Below are positions 40,339-55,791 of a DNA stretch of 64,000 bases, in pieces. Source of the DNA: Balanoglossus misakiensis (lineage: Eukaryota; Animalia; Hemichordata); contig CM082576.2 of the NCBI GenBank assembly GCA_040954595.2, positions 13,581,129 to 13,645,128 of the forward strand. Direction: 5' to 3'. Under the pieces are notes generated by a model, which worked only from the letters and a program-made list of their open reading frames with translations, ran no database searches and was not told the DNA's origin. Each line of letters starts with the position of its first letter. Position 1 is the stretch's first letter. Both the position numbers and the translations under genes were made by a program.

Positions 40339-43300
40339 ACAAGTGACTGTAGTTCATCTGCACCAAGTTAGAAAATTAGTCCCTTCAGTTTTGCGGCATC
40401 ATAAGTCAAGAGTGATGTACGACGATTAATTGATGTGTGAGAGAAGTTTATTCATTAGATTGACTACTTTTCACCTTTCAGATATTGGAACAACATCCAC
40501 TTTTATGTTTCATTATTTCTCTTATTCATTCTCATCGGCAGCCATCAGGCTGTTAGCAGTTTATGGTGTTATATAAATGATTTGTTCCTTTGATTTACTT
40601 CGTCATTAAAGAGCGCCCTCACGAGCTCCAACCAGACAAATGCCACGCTTGAGTGACGCATGTTGTTAAGGCCATAAACTGTAACCAACTTTCCCCTGAA
40701 TATCAATACATTAGTGATTACCAGAACTGACTTTTCTCCATTAATTATGAAACATAATAAGCTTGGCAGACCTTAACATAAACATTACTAATTCTTTACT
40801 CATGCATATGAATAAATCATGCATATTATTATAACAATTGAAATAATAAAGGGGGAAAATTTTAATGTGCCACATCTTTGACTGAAAACAAACCAACAAA
40901 CATGGTGATGAAGAATTAAGTCACTGTGAAATTTTAATTTTTCAACAGAGTTGTTGGTGGGGAGGCAACGGTCGCTTTCAAGTGCTCGGTAGCCTAGGAG
41001 GAAAGTAGCTGTTTACGTGTCAAGTCATGTAACCTCAGGTACGTTGCCCCTGTCACAGCCACCGCGATCTATTGCCGTTGTCAAATATTTCCCGTTTCTT
41101 ACGTTCAGTCATACCGGTGGGACTCGGTGTCACATTAACTCATCAGTCATCCGAGTCACTGCACATACATATACATGCAGCTCTCGTTTTTAAGGGTTCT
41201 GCAGAGATATGGTGTGGGGCTTCACCAAAGTAGGATGGGGGAGGGGATGGGCAGCTTCGCTTTGGACCACAACATTCAGAGATAGGGGTGAGCAGCTTGG
41301 TTTAGCAGTTAAAGCATGGTCAGTGACTGCATGCTCCTGTTTCCCCAGCTGCACGTACCTCTGAAATATTAATCAGTTCGAGACTAGATAAGCACTGTTT
41401 TTCCAAAGAAAATAAGGCAAACCAGTCTGTATATCTGACATTGATTTATTTCACCAATACTATAAATAGAATTAGCACAGTATCATCCTTGGGTTTCAGT
41501 TCAGTGAAAATCTTATAGTGGTCACAATCAGTTGAAGTAAACTTGTGTTTGAACTTGAATTTGCGATTCGGTGATGGTGAAAACTCAAATATATATGGAA
41601 AAAATACATCTAAGTTTCTATTCCATTTGAATCTATGCCAGTATAGAATTATATCAATCCTGCGAATGTTTTACTTTAATTATTCGCTTTTACTTTAATT
41701 AGGAACTTGTAATTATTTTTTGCTATTATAATATGTTTCAAATGGATACTTCACAGATCTCGTTTTCTTGATATCTTCTTAATATTACTTGATGATCTGT
41801 TGTGTGTCCTGTAGGAATCTTCATGAGACCTGTGTGTATACATCGAGATGGCTATCACATTGTTGATGAGAGCAAGAGTTTTCCCATTAAAGTTCACATA
41901 TTTCTGAATCCAGACCTGAATTTTGCTTTCTTAATATAAGCAGCGACAGGCAAAGGAGACACGTGTACATGACCTATTCTTGCCCCCCCCCCCCCCTTTT
42001 CCAAAGTGCCCTTGGCTTACTTGACCCTTCAAGAACAAGCACTAAAAATACTGAATAATTTATAACTGATATGAGTATCATAATTGTGTGTGTTGAATGT
42101 TAAGTCAAGCACACATTGGGGAACAAGTATACTGTTACATGGGCATCGTACATTTTCATAAAAATGGTTAAAAGTCGAGAGGGTCAGAACTCAGATTTCA
42201 CGCAGAAAAAAAATATGTACACAGACTATAAGTATATTAAAGAATTTTTCTGTAATCTTTGGCACATAATAAAATTTTACTCATGACAAGTTGTGATACA
42301 CTGAATTCTGTATGATTTAGTGACAGTTGGAACTATTTCACTTCTTCATTTTTGTTTCACTGATCAGTTATAGAAATGGAATGGCAAAAGAAGAAATGAA
42401 AATAGTCGCCTTGTCAACCAATCAGCAAGTACCGGTAGTAAATGAACCAGTTCAGCCAATCAGATCGCCCGGCAATTACCCAGTACTTATTCCAAGAATT
42501 CAGCAAGCTTGCGGACCTGTTTTTTGCATTGTCAGATTTGAGTTTGTTGTTGCAGATTGAGCATATTATTAGGTCACTTCTGCACTAAGTATTCATATGA
42601 GATTGGCGTAAAATTGGTTTGCAGAAATTCAGAGAGGAGATCTTGCTCTTTCAGCATCTATATATCAAGCGTTGTATTGTTCTTTCATCATTATGGTATT
42701 TTAATTGAAACCAACCAAGAAATGAACAACTAACAATGTGTAAATAACATGTTTGTAATGAGATCGAGAAATTGACAAATAAATGATTTTCTTATCAAGT
42801 GTATATATACATTGTAGAGTCAAGTTTGGAAGATGTGAGAAGCTTGGCATTCTATCCTTTTTGTGCATGTCAGTTCCATGTTAAACGGGTCTATTAACAG
42901 TACAAACGGTAAATTTTATTAATTGCGTTAATTACCTTTTTAAAAAAAGAATAACAAGCAACAAATAACATAAATACTAAATACTGAACATCACCGTCAA
43001 TTTCATCAACTAATCTATTCCCCATCAGACATGCACGCACGCTCTTTAAGAGAAAACTTAACATTGCCAGCACATAATAAATCATTTCGATCAGTTTATC
43101 AGACTCAGTCTTGTGTCTGTTGAGATGTGTTAACTTTTCAGTGTCCAGGGATGTAGTCAAGTTAGATTAACTGCAGCAGCACACTTGGCTGCCAGATAAC
43201 CTCACTCTTGATGTGATATGATTGACATGTCTCTAAAGGTCAATGACCAGTGAATGATACATGAGCAGAGAAGGCCACATATCACTTGGCGACAGAGTTC

Positions 43301-43533
43301 AATGCCCTGTTTCACTTATTAATGGGCATTTTGTGGTCTGGGTTACAGGAAAAAGCCCAAAATGTAAATGAATTAATTCTATAATGTCTGGACAAGGTCC
43401 TTTATTCTTAGTACTTTTCTTTGAGGAAATCAACAAAATTCGTGAATGTCCCTCGTGACTCTTAAGAAAATTGTAATGGACCATAGCTCAAGCATGTAAT
43501 ATACACACATGTCGATTAACTGCTTGGCAAGTG

Positions 43534-43534
43534 T

Positions 43535-43569
<35 letters not shown>

Positions 43570-43571
43570 TT
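43534..43571 (+). repeat. (TTTA)n microsatellite
   Basis: Direct read. Confidence 0.95.
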
Positions 43572-44990
43572 GGTAAATTAAGTTATTTTTTCTGGGTGTA
43601 ATATTTATCATTAACTAGCAACCTGTGTGATTTTTCTGAGAGTTGTACACTTAACCAAATGCCACACAAGGACTGAAGTAAATTGAAACCAATTTTTACT
43701 ACCGGTACAATTTGGCTGCACATATGGACATATCGAGACCACAATCCTTACACTGGTTGGCGACAGAAGGGTAATGATTGTTTCTACATTTAAAGGTAGT
43801 GCATAAGATAAGGAAGATACAATGACGAAACTGAAATATTGAATGTGCCATTTCACAAGACTTTCTAATAGCTACCTAAAGCATGGTGGCTTATATGATA
43901 CAACTGAGCTTGCATTATGTAAAAACCATTAAGCAAGTTACAGTGTACACCCTATAAGCACACAAAGGCAACTATGAAAGCATGATGCAAACAAAATACT
44001 GAAGAAAGAAAATGCAGTGGCTGAAATATTCAGTAGTCAGAAGGCATTCATGGTGGAAAAATTGAGCCAATGTGATAATTTTGAAGAATTCTACAATTGC
44101 ATGAACGTATATGCTTTGTGTAAACCTAGCTGGTATGCTACAAAAAATTGAATGCATAAATTTTATTACGATATTTAAGTGTAGTCTTAATTGCTGCTTA
44201 TAGTCAAATGATAAAATACAGCATTTGTAACAAAATGGTAATTAAACGCAATTAAGAATGCTACAACTTCAAGTATACACCATTAAAGTGGCACAGACTG
44301 ACAAGAAAGATCACAAATCCTGACATTTAAGTCAAACTATACACTTAATACTTATGGCAGACATTAAAAACAAGTCTTTTTTTCCATTATTTATACTAGA
44401 GAATTTCTTGACGTTTTTGAGTCCACTGCTACTACAGCGAGCACTTTGAGGCATTTACAAGTATTTGTGATTCCATTTTGCTCCTGATCCGGAGTCCAAT
44501 AAATCACGGAGAGACCGTCGGTGGTATCGCGCACTGAGCAAGGCAGATTTTCTGAAATGGCACCGCAAAAAAAAAAAAGAAATGCCACACATAAGACGAA
44601 CACAATTGATGAAGATGGCCCCCGCGAATCACGGTGCATAGTGGAATATCATTGTTTACAACCACTGCCTATCAAATCGTGAGTGAGGGTCTTTTGCCTG
44701 CAGGCAGTAATCATTTGTCTGGTGTCATCAAGATATCAAAATGGGTCTTTGTGCTTGGAATGCGATATGTCACTAACTGCGTCTTGTCAGTTATGATTGT
44801 AAGCTCTCCAGGAGTTCTAATGTTTTCAAATTGCCTTCACTTTCACTTTCCACCATTTTCTGCTCTGGGCATTATTTTCTCGCTCTTTATACTGAGATTT
44901 TCTTCATACTACTGATTATGCTGTTTTATTGGTCATTTTTTGTTAAATTTTAAGGCTTGGGTAGTTCCAAGTGACATTTGACATGGTAAC

Positions 44991-45092
44991 ATAATAATAT
45001 AATATAATAATAATATAATATAATATAATATAATATAATATAATATAATATAATATAATATAATATAATATAATATAATATAATATAATATA
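44991..45092 (+). repeat. (TAATA)n pentanucleotide microsatellite
   Basis: About 100 bp of pure A/T 5-mer repeat. Confidence 0.95.
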
Positions 45093-48000
45093 CTGCAGAT
45101 TCATATATGATAGCAAGAAATATTTGTTATTATTTGAAAAATCAGAATGATTTTTAAAAATATAAATAGTCTATGTGTTCCAGAATTGAATCTTCTGTTT
45201 GTAATGTTAGGTTTCTTCGATATCTTATCTTTGTAGATATCTTGATTAAAATATTTCTGCTGTGTTTGTTCTGGCAGTCTCATTGGTTTTATCTGTGTTT
45301 CATAAATTCGAAAATACGCTTGCATCAAATGAGTTGACGCGATAAATCATGTAGCTGGTATACATGGCATATTGTGTGCTTCACTTGCAGTTAGCCTTGC
45401 AGTAATGTCAAGTCTACATTTTTGTCATGATTTGATCTGCTCCTATTGTTTTCGTTGGAGAAATGGGGTAATCTAAGTTAGGGTGTTTTCAGATAAAAAG
45501 TTAATTTGAGATGCATAACTTAAAACTTTTAAAGGTATAACTATATAACTATAATGACTGGGCAATTAATCTGGTAACATTTACCACAAAACAAAAACAC
45601 TTTTTCACTCACTCCCACAATTTCAGAAAGGTATCAGATATTCTATTTGTCATGCAAATCATATCACCAAAGACTATGGCCAATATACGCGCCTGCAAAA
45701 GTCAAAAGCTTCGTCTAAATATAAAGTTGCCCAGTGTACTTATACATATATACCCCCACATTCAACAGTATTTGAGTTTTTATTCAAATTTGGACATTTT
45801 GTATCACTTCATCCACTACTGTCTGCATCATTTAAGACATTTATTTTTTTCTCATTCTCAGATGAAAAAAAGCTATGGGATAATATCACAGGAAAAAATT
45901 AAAAGTGATGGACCACTCTCATAAACAAATTATCTAGTTCTGTACATGTACAGTGAATATCAAAACACAATTGATTCTCATGTAGAAGTAGAATTACTGT
46001 GTTTTTCATAAAAACTTATACATGCAGTAATTAAGTTATTATCTATTACATTCATGCCATACTGGAATGGCCATCGGCTAATTAAATAGATCAAATCATA
46101 TGCTGAACTGAAAGGTTAATTTGTGGGGGGGGGGGGGAAACTGCTCAGATTTGTGATAAGATTTCTAATGCTACAATCAAAAAGGGGATTGGTATATATG
46201 ATTGCAAGAACAAAATATTTCTAGCCTCAGTACAAAATGTGGACATGTCTCAACTTTAAGAGTATGCTACCACGGTGTGTTTGTTGTCATGGTGATACTA
46301 ACTGTTGCCAGGCGTTTCGTCCTGACTGCTCCAATATGACAATTTGTCATCGGGTTCTACTCTAGCATATTGTAGCTGGTGTGACTTGATAATTTTTTTG
46401 TTGACTTACTTCAAAGATCCAACTTCTTGTCGGGCTTTATTCCCAATTTGATCTCGTCATGGCATTGTTCTTTTGTTTTTTGTTTTTTTATAACCAGACC
46501 TAATTATCCTTCATTATAACCCAGTTCTGATTTTCATTCATTTCCACAACACTGAAGACTGGAACACCAGAACATTGGTTTTGCAATCGTGAGTACATGG
46601 CAGACTTTATTAACGAGACTCAGTGACTGTAGTATTTATTAAATGCTATTCTGCTTGTACAATATAACACCTCAGACAGATAAAATTTGATAGTTTATAG
46701 TTGACATTCAATCTCTCTCCCTGATAATAATACTGAGTGGTTAGCAATTGGATAGAATTACTAAGGGCCATATCGCGATCAATGGAATATACGCACCGTT
46801 CACAACAACTCATTTTGCTGCTTGGTACATTTCATTATTTCATTTTCAGTTCTGTTTCCTTTAATCTGGAAAATACAGTTCTGTTAGTGTAGAATTAAAC
46901 TCATAAACCAACTCTGTAATATGAAGCAGAACACTTTTTTTGGAATGAGGTCTGAGGGTCTTTTGAAAAAAAATTTACCTCTCTGAAAAATGGTATGATG
47001 CGTGAAATATTTCTGCAGTATTACAGATTGTACTACTATTGCATCCCAACAAGCAACATATATGCTTGTCCAAGCAAACAATATTTCAGTCCTGTTGCCA
47101 AGCTTTTGCTGCGTCTCAGTTTTTTGTCACGGTCGTTTTCAGGTCAAGACGGATTTCTTCACCCATCCTCTGATGGCATCAAGCAATTATATATCTACAG
47201 GAAGGTTGCATCTCATCGGTCATCACTTTGCAAGATAGCGTCTAATGCGGGGGAAATAAAGGCCGCCTTTAGACTTGTACCTGATAATGGTTGTCATGAC
47301 GACAGCGGGTCGCGATTTACTGATGCTGCTGCGATTGTGTTTGGGATTGTGTTTAACCAGCATGCACTGTGATGTCGGGAATAAAAGGAACAAGCCCGAA
47401 GGGAACTCGGCCCAGATATATAGACAAAAAGAGACTAAAAATTGCAGCTGAGTTCATTATTTTGGGCACAGGTCAGGGTCTGGTGTCCTTTGTTCGTATC
47501 ACAATGCAAGCATGCATCTACTAGCGCATGAGAACACTGATGAAAATTTTCCCATGTGGCAATCGAGAACTTAGTGTTTGGCTCTGGAACTTGTTTATCT
47601 CCGAAAGATAAGACCAACTAGGCAGCTGCTATCATCCATATTAACAAGGTTTCGTTGATGACCAGCTGGTCAGTATGTATTTACGGTGACCCAGCTAGTG
47701 TTGTACCCTGAAACTTAAGGCCAATAAAAATTTTTTTTTAGCTTTCATTTACGTGCACCGAGACAAGTATCAGAGTTAACACGTATTTAGCATATCCTTA
47801 GCTTCATTGGCCAAAAATAATAAATTTAATGTTTGCAAAGAAATGATACCCGAACTTTTTTTAAATTGGTGTATTTGAGTAAGATTGTTCGTGTTGGTCA
47901 CAGGTTGATGTTGCTATTATCATTTTATTAGCACTGTGTTATTTCTATATTTTACAACCTTTCACTTTGCTGTATTTCGTCAGAGTTCCAGGCTAACAGT

Positions 48001-49420
48001 ATACCGGTACATGTACCTACAACACACTATATAATGGCTGGGCGTTGATTCATAAAAAGTTATTGCATTCTTTTTTTGCACATTTTTAGTTAGTTTAATA
48101 CCGTACTAGCATATTTCAAAATTTGCCGATGAATTCATCATTCCATAAACAGATTTTTCCATCAATGTTTTATATCACACTTTGGAGAGAGAAAAACCTC
48201 ATTTTGGATAATATTTATATATATACACTCACCTCCATGGCATTTTTCACACTACCGTACTCCTCCCCTCCAGATAATGGTTCAGTCATTCAAGATGATT
48301 TCATTATCATAGTTTCTCTCCCCATTAGTAGAAGATAAATGGTTTTGTCCTGGAACCGATAACAAATGTAAACTGCAGCCACTTGACATATCAGAGTGGA
48401 GCTTTCCCACCTCAGTGGTGAAATGGTTCATCCCTGCCTTTAAAAAAAAGAAGAAGAACAGACTCATTACTTGACGATTGTGATTGTCCAGGGCATACCT
48501 TGGAAACTTGGCGTGTAGGCTAGACTGCGTGTCATGACGTCATGAAATGATGTAATGCCGTCGTCGTAGCTGTGCGGAGGTCATGAAACAAACAATTACT
48601 ATATGATCCCCCGGAGCAGTGAGTCTGTACTGTAGCTTTGAGTCTCCATCTCTGCTCAGATCATCTCTCTCTCTCTCTCTTGCTGCTCTCTGCACTGATA
48701 TGACACAAACCTTTGTTGTCACTCTGTCATATATACGCTCTTCATTTCTCAGCTCTCAAAACTCGTGTCGCTATAATTAGGAACCATGCTATTCAAATGT
48801 GAGTCCTTTCATCGATATGTCCAGCTGAGTTGGTTGGGAATATAAAACAGGAAGCAGGCTATTTTGTGATCTCTGCTTCGCTTTGTTCTGGGAAGGTTAC
48901 GTCTCCAATTTTGAGTCCAATTTGACCCATTTCAGGCATTTTATATCCGTACAGATAAATGTTAGTATAAGATCGGGCGTAAGACCTCGAGATCTTTATA
49001 TTTCAACAGTCACGGAGGTAATCAGCCATTTTTTTCATAATGTAGAAAAAACCCAAATGTCAAATACGCATTGATTGTACATGTCAGCTACTGTCCCCCA
49101 TCCTGCAAATTGGTAAAGGTGGACTCGGATAGACCATTCAGAAATCTGATACCCGACTGGGATGTGTTTTTTTTTCCTTTCCAGTTGAAATGAATGGGCC
49201 TGCATGTAGGTGTAGTCAGATTCTTATCATTACATACAATGTGATGAATGAGGTGTATGCTGCTGGCATTTCAACAACCTCTACTTTCAACTATCAGACC
49301 CTAATGGCGAATGGCAGTTGATAATATGGCTGTATGTCCGTGCCTCGCCCTGTGTTGTATGTCAACAAATTATTTGATCAATTGCGTGTATTCTCTTGTT
49401 TTCGTACAAATGAATATTAA

Positions 49421-49540
49421 AGCCTCTAGAGCTGCCACTTTTTACATTAATTATTTTCACGATTTTATTTTCCAACTTAAATTGGTCCATCTAATTAAGC
49501 TTACTCATAGGTATACATGAACACCTTATCGAACACCTTA
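49421..49540 (+). mobile_element. Kolobok/T2-like MITE family B, left-end fragment
   Basis: TTAA-AGCCTCTAGAGCTGCCACTTTTT..TATTTTCACGATTTTA..TAAGCTTACT..CATGAACA..TTATCGA aligns with 55459-55571; right TIR not found. Confidence 0.7.
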
Positions 49541-52500
49541 TCCCTGCAAATAAAGTAAATTTGCAGAGATATTTCTTAAGGTTGTGTTATATGGTACATT
49601 TGTAGTTAAAAATCTACAACCTACGGTACATAATATCAGTCTTCATACTAGCCTTCAGACGCCTGGAATCAATCATGATTATATAACAATAAAAACTGTG
49701 AACCTCTTTTTCAAATTCTGGATAAGATTAAAATTGTGTGTGGGTTTACAAGAATGGTGATTAAAGTTTCCTGTGTTTGTATACCTGTGATGGTTAGGAT
49801 TGAAGAAGTGAGATCTTATGAACTGCAGGCATGAAACAGAAAAATTAGTTTCATAATGTATTTTAAAAATATTTAAGCCATTCTGTAATCTTTCATTGGA
49901 CATCAGATGAGTATGCATGTCTACATGCAACCACTACCAGATCATAAACAAATGCAATATGATTCAGGACTACTGTGTAATTTTTTGGTTGTGTTTCCCG
50001 AAATTCAGATCATTAAACTTGCATGAGCTTGTTGATGTGGGTATAAATTGTGAAGGCTGTGGACACCAAAGGGCTTTCTCAGAGGACGGACGCTGAAGGT
50101 AAACATTTCATACAGGTGCAGATGTACTATACAAAAAAATGAGTTGCCATGGCATTTGTATAGTTGAAAGTACATGCACTCTTACATTAGTCACATTAGA
50201 CCGATCATTTCAAAGCAAGTGAAAATTTGCACCAACATTATTGCACTTTCAATTGTACTAAAAAATTTCTTTCAACTCACACTGTATGTATGTTCCCGTC
50301 GAACTTTCATTTTCAGTGTCACCTGAGGGTAGATGTACATGTATGCCGTTTTGAAAGACGGAATAATTGAAATTGTGTGTAGATACGGGTTGCTGAAGAG
50401 TAAAACGGTCAAGTTGTCACAATTTCCTACGAAAAAATCCATCATCAAAACTGAAATTGAGATGATTAGGGTAATTTAAGAGAGTCTTGGCTGACGTAAA
50501 AATGTTCCTGTGATACAGATCAGTGTAGAGATCATACTATCATTGTACGGCAGGGACTATTACACGTATTGACAGACAGCCAAGGCAAACCACTTTGGTA
50601 TCATTACTGCATGTGTGTCACATATGTGCAGGGCAGTAAAAAATACCCCTTTAGTAAGTGCCTGGCAAAGGAAAGTTATGCTGACGACTGACACTACATA
50701 CTAAAAGTTACAAATGGCGACCGTTTCCGTTTGCTTGGTAAAGATATATAGCCAGCCCTGACGGTGGCACCCGGAGTCTGTGATTTACAGCGACCATGCA
50801 AAAACAAACAGTATTTAAGAATCAAAACACGTTGGACCAGTGTTATTGAATTTACATGGGTCATTTCCAAACAACTGTTTTAGAGAAAGCATTTATTTCC
50901 ATCGACATGAATTGTAGTCTGTCAAATACTGATGATACAGGTGTGAATTAACTATCCAAAGGTCAGAACTTAGATTTCCTTGGAGTGTATAACCTTTAAA
51001 TAAATGCAGAATGTGCAATTAAGTTCATAATTGTTGTGCCTTTAAAGCTAGATATAACTATATAAAATAAACTTTTGAAAGAAATATTTGTCAATGAGCA
51101 TTAAAAAGGGCATCAATGTATGGACTAGTCTAGTATCTAGCGGTATTTTGTCCGCTTTGCTTCCAAAACTCAAAGCGGACAAAATACAGCTAGATACTAG
51201 ACATATGTATAGACATGCATGTTCAGGTACAAGAAAAAAGGTTAGTAAACTTAACCCGTTTCTCAAATGCTTGTTTGAACATTCTAGATATATAAATACA
51301 CATATTTTGGGTATCAAATGTAAGTACTGTGTTATGAAATTGATATTCAGGCCAGGCATGGTTATAGCTGCAGTAGTATGTGATGTACACATACACAGAC
51401 AGACACACAGAAAAAGTGTTAAGGTTTTGGACTCACTACATTACGGAAGGAGGGGTGGTCAAGTGCTCAGTACTGATGTCATTGAACTTGGATCATTACA
51501 CATCCTGATACTGGTTCAGTTATCTGAGATGAACAGAAATCAGGATTGGCATGAGACAAGGTCATCTGGTCAGTGTATGAATGGAAAAATGTGCAATTGT
51601 GTGTGGGTGATGTAACAGCTTTGCATGACACACACACAGGCACCCCGACACTATGTTGTAGTAACATTCTTGCTGTAGCCAAGTGGCCATGCATTAACAT
51701 TTGAATTACCTCAGCGGGAAAAATCAAGACGATACCCACGTATAATTGGGAAGGAAATTTTGAAATACGAAAATACCAATTAAAATGTTAATACAGGGGT
51801 TTAATTAATTATGAGACTAAAATTCTGTCACCCTTAAAGTCTATTAAATATCAAGCACACACATCTGAATGACACCTTTGTCCAGTCAGAGCACAGTGCT
51901 AATGAAATCACATAATAAAATCAATTTTAACGGTTGAATTCTCAAGGAATAAATTTATAAAGTGAATATTATAGGAAGTCAACAAGAAAGTTAAAATGTA
52001 ACACAAAATATCAAAATAGTTCTGCCCCAGAGAACACCAAAATGTTGAGAGATAAACAGTTTTGAGTTAAATTCTGATTTTTGTTTTTTTTTATTGCTTT
52101 CAACAGATACATGTTGAGGATGTTTTTATCAGATGATATGATGCCTATGATTCTAACATGCCTTGCATTTTCCAAGAAATAAAAGGTCAATTATTCTGGC
52201 TCATGTGTATGTCACTCGACTCCTTCAGAAGTACAAGGTATCTGAATGCCTAACGACCTCCCAGAGAGTGATTACAGTCATCTTGACCAGAATTGAGATT
52301 AGAATGTTGTTACTTCAAACTGTTATTAGGGTCACACACAAAATGATACAGCCCTGATGTGACCTTAACGAGTCCATGGATTTCTACGAAACATACAAAA
52401 TGTACCTCGCAGTCATACAGATAGCGCCTAGTATTTATTTTGTATAGTTAACTAAGATTTGTTTGTTTTTTCAAATAATTACCAGATATAAGCACAATGT

Positions 52501-54596
52501 TTCATTTCATTAGTGGGATTTAGAAATCATCAAAGACATCGAAGAGGGCTAAAATTTCTGGTGTACATGTAATTGTGCAAGAGTACTTTGTATAGATGTT
52601 ATTTTCACTCCCCCCCCCCCCCCCCCCCCACACACACACACATATTGATGCAATTGCCATGTACTGGCCATCCTGGATGAAGTACTTGGCACAAGAAATA
52701 TATTCTTCCATTAAAATATACTATTTCATTTTAGTCCCACATGACAACTACATCTTGACAACAAGACAAAAGTCTTTTTATGTGTGTGTATGGCACATTA
52801 TTGTGACAGTTTATCTAATAGTTTGATTTTCTTTTTCAAAGACCTTGCATCAATCCCTCCTGGTTCTGTAATCACAACAATTCTCTTTGTAGGGTGGCAA
52901 GGGGTGACGATTTTAAGTGCAGGGAGACCAATATTATCTGTTCACAATGTACAATGCGTTTTGACCATGACGTGTTTGAGTATGAAGAGCAACTGTCTAC
53001 TCAAGAAAATATCTCATGGTTCACCTTTCTGTCTTGTCCTTCCCAGTTAAAAATTTTAAATACAAATTTGATAACGTGAAGAATGTGTCTGGAGCATGGC
53101 AGCCACCCCCCTGCTGGCTTCATAAATGTGTCTTACATGTACGTACCACATCAAGGTGTCTGAAATATGAATGCAGTGATCGTCCCAACGTCATCTACAG
53201 TTCAACCATTCCAAGAAGTGGTGATGAATGGCCATGATTAATGGTATTCATGGTGAAAATGCTTTGGCAAAGTACCAAATGTTTTTTGCATTTCACATAC
53301 TGGTACATGTACACCTAGCAAGCAACAGGTGTCCGCAGTGACATTAGCATTACACTAGTGCAATATACTGTGATCATAAAATGTCCTGTAAACTGATCTA
53401 TATATGTTACCAGTGGATACACTGATTTCCATATTCACCTGACTCAGATTCAAAATAGACAAAGTTTGTATCATCAGAGGATTAAAAATCTGAGATTATA
53501 TATGAAAGAGCTGGTTGTTGAATCAGACTATCATAGAAATGAAAAAAAGAACATTGATTTGAATTCACTGACAGCAGTTGTAGGAGCCAAATGGACCCCT
53601 GCTGATTTGACCTGACCTGTTTGAAAGATCTAATAGATTTTACACTCGGCGTATCGTGCACACGGTATGCAGCTGATTTTAGGCCATATTGCGGGTTTAT
53701 TTATGAAAACACACATTCATGTCAATAACTTATTTTCAAATGCAGCAATATTACTTTTAATGGATGAGAATTTTTTTTTTCAATCAGTGTGGAAGATAGC
53801 GATGTAAGGAAGAGGCTGCACTCAGTTGATATTGGTCTGAAATCACAATGACAGTTCCAAAGTAACTGCTATATTTCTGATTCAACACACTCAACATCGA
53901 ACGTCTAAAAGCAAAACTAAAAGAATATGCTCTCAATGAATTGTCACATCACAGATAAAAACTTGCCACTCTGCATGGATCTTCTGAAGAGAACATTTGA
54001 ATCATCATTGTGACTGAAAGTGTGTGTCTACTTTCAGGAAAAAAAATTAACTCTTGAAAGACAGCAGCTGTTTAGTGCAAATGTGGCGAGTTGAATTGTA
54101 GGCATGCAAGTACGTACAATATATGACACTGGTTGATTGAGAAATTCCAATCTGTGGGTTTTCTTAGAAACTCGTGCAGTTGAAAGAGTTACCAGTAGAA
54201 AAAGAGGAGAGATAATGATTACACTTGGATATGGAGCTGCAATATTTTCGAATAAATTTAGGTATATCAGCTCATGACAAGGATCGATCAACACTTAAAA
54301 GGGAAATAGTTTGCTTTCTTTTGACATTGTTTTGGTGATTTGTATCAACTGGTTATATTGCATATTGAAACATGCTACCACTAGAAGTTTTTTTGACTGT
54401 TGTGGTCTCATCTTGCTGATTGAGTATAGGCCCAGAAATGACACCACCCAGGTAGTTCCATGTCGACAAATTGAAGATCTTATAACTGATGACACAAGCC
54501 TGTTGCACTAAACAAGATACTTTTCACCTGAAAGGTGAATTAAGATATCAGAAAATATCAGAAAAATGTTGAAATTGAATGATTTCGACTCCTTAA

Positions 54597-54681
54597 CCCT
54601 TTCACCCCCAGTTCGTTCTTTAGAGGTCCAACCTGACCATAGAAAACAATGGGTTTGGACTGAACCATGGCGGTGAAAGGG
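54597..54681. mobile_element. Tiny piggyBac-like MITE (85 bp)
   Basis: TTAA TSD; TIR CCCTTTCACC(C/G)CCA with CCC...GGG termini. Confidence 0.8.
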
Positions 54682-54906
54682 TTAACTCAGTTTTAGCTAT
54701 GTCTTCAGAAAAGTCACAGCATACATGTATTCAGTATAATTTGTTTGTTTGTTTGTTACAGAGGTCATAATTTTTTTTTTTAATGCTGAAGTACCGTTAC
54801 TATTTTTGACTGAATAAATTCTTAAACCAACTACAAGATTGTCATTTGTAAAAATTTGCAAACTCTTAGGCTAAGTTATCTAGCAAAATATCGTTAGATG
54901 ATTTAA

Positions 54907-55090
54907 AGGTATACAGTCACCTCCAATTTACATAGCCCATATTTGGCTGAAATGGCGTATTTTAGTGTTCTAAAGAACATATGGTGGCGCTCTTTTTTTC
55001 GCGTGTGCCACCCACTGAAAATCAGTGATTGGCTAGATCCCAATTTACTATGGTAACTGTGGCTAAATTTGCATAGGTGACCGTATACCT
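54907..55090 (-). mobile_element. Kolobok/T2-like MITE family A, copy 2 (inverted relative to copy 1)
   Basis: TTAA-AGGTATACAGTCACC...GGTGACCGTATACCT-TTAA; reverse complement aligns along the full length of 22395-22579. Confidence 0.88.
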
Positions 55091-55458
55091 TTAATCAAGT
55101 TGTATCATTTGGGGTCTTCTTAAGAAAGGCAGTAAAATTTGTTTGATGGGTATTGCCCAGCTTGATGTGACCCAGTTACCCTTAATAGAACACAATATTT
55201 CTATCAAAGGTCATGAGATCAAGAAGGACCATAAGTCAAACTTACCGGTACATGCCTTTTATTAAGTACTGACTATTTTAATAATTCCAGAGAAACTGCA
55301 TGACACGACATTTAATACCACATCATTTATTCCGGATATGATCCATATCCATTTTGGTCCCTAGTTACTGGTAACATAAACAAATATACCACTATATATA
55401 CCAGTTCAGGTCTGAGAGGTTAAAAAGATGCATATTTAGATTAGCCCTCTTCTTTTAA

Positions 55459-55791
55459 GGCCCAAGAGCTGCCACTTTTTGCATTATATTTTCACGATTT
55501 TACTTTCCATCTTAGAATGGCTCATCTATCTCTTAATAAGCTTACTGATAGGTACATGAACATCTTATCGACGCCTGATTGTGGCAATTTGAACAAGTTA
55601 TGTATTAAACGGGTGCCACACCCATTTAATCTGCCTCATACCAAAGCACACAACTATTGTGGTATGCATCACCAAGAGATGGCAAACTGATGCAAACACA
55701 AGTAATATGGCTCAATGGATAGGATAGGGAGAATATATGAAGCAGTTTTATCGTTGAAAAACATATGTGAAATTTGGCAGCTCATGAGGCT
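55459..55791 (+). mobile_element. Kolobok/T2-like MITE family B (333 bp)
   Basis: TTAA flanks (55455-58, 55792-95); imperfect TIR GGCCCAAGAGCTGCCA / TGGCAGCTCATGAGGCT; first ~115 bp homologous to 49421-49540. Confidence 0.75.

Noticed and set aside
48481-48502. TGATTGTCCA, miR-219-like 5' end
   Set aside because: Only 10 nt match; no complementary arm.
51088-51615. Longest ORF (175 aa)
   Set aside because: Non-ATG start, CpG-poor low-complexity DNA, no recognisable domain; a length like this can arise by chance in 64 kb.
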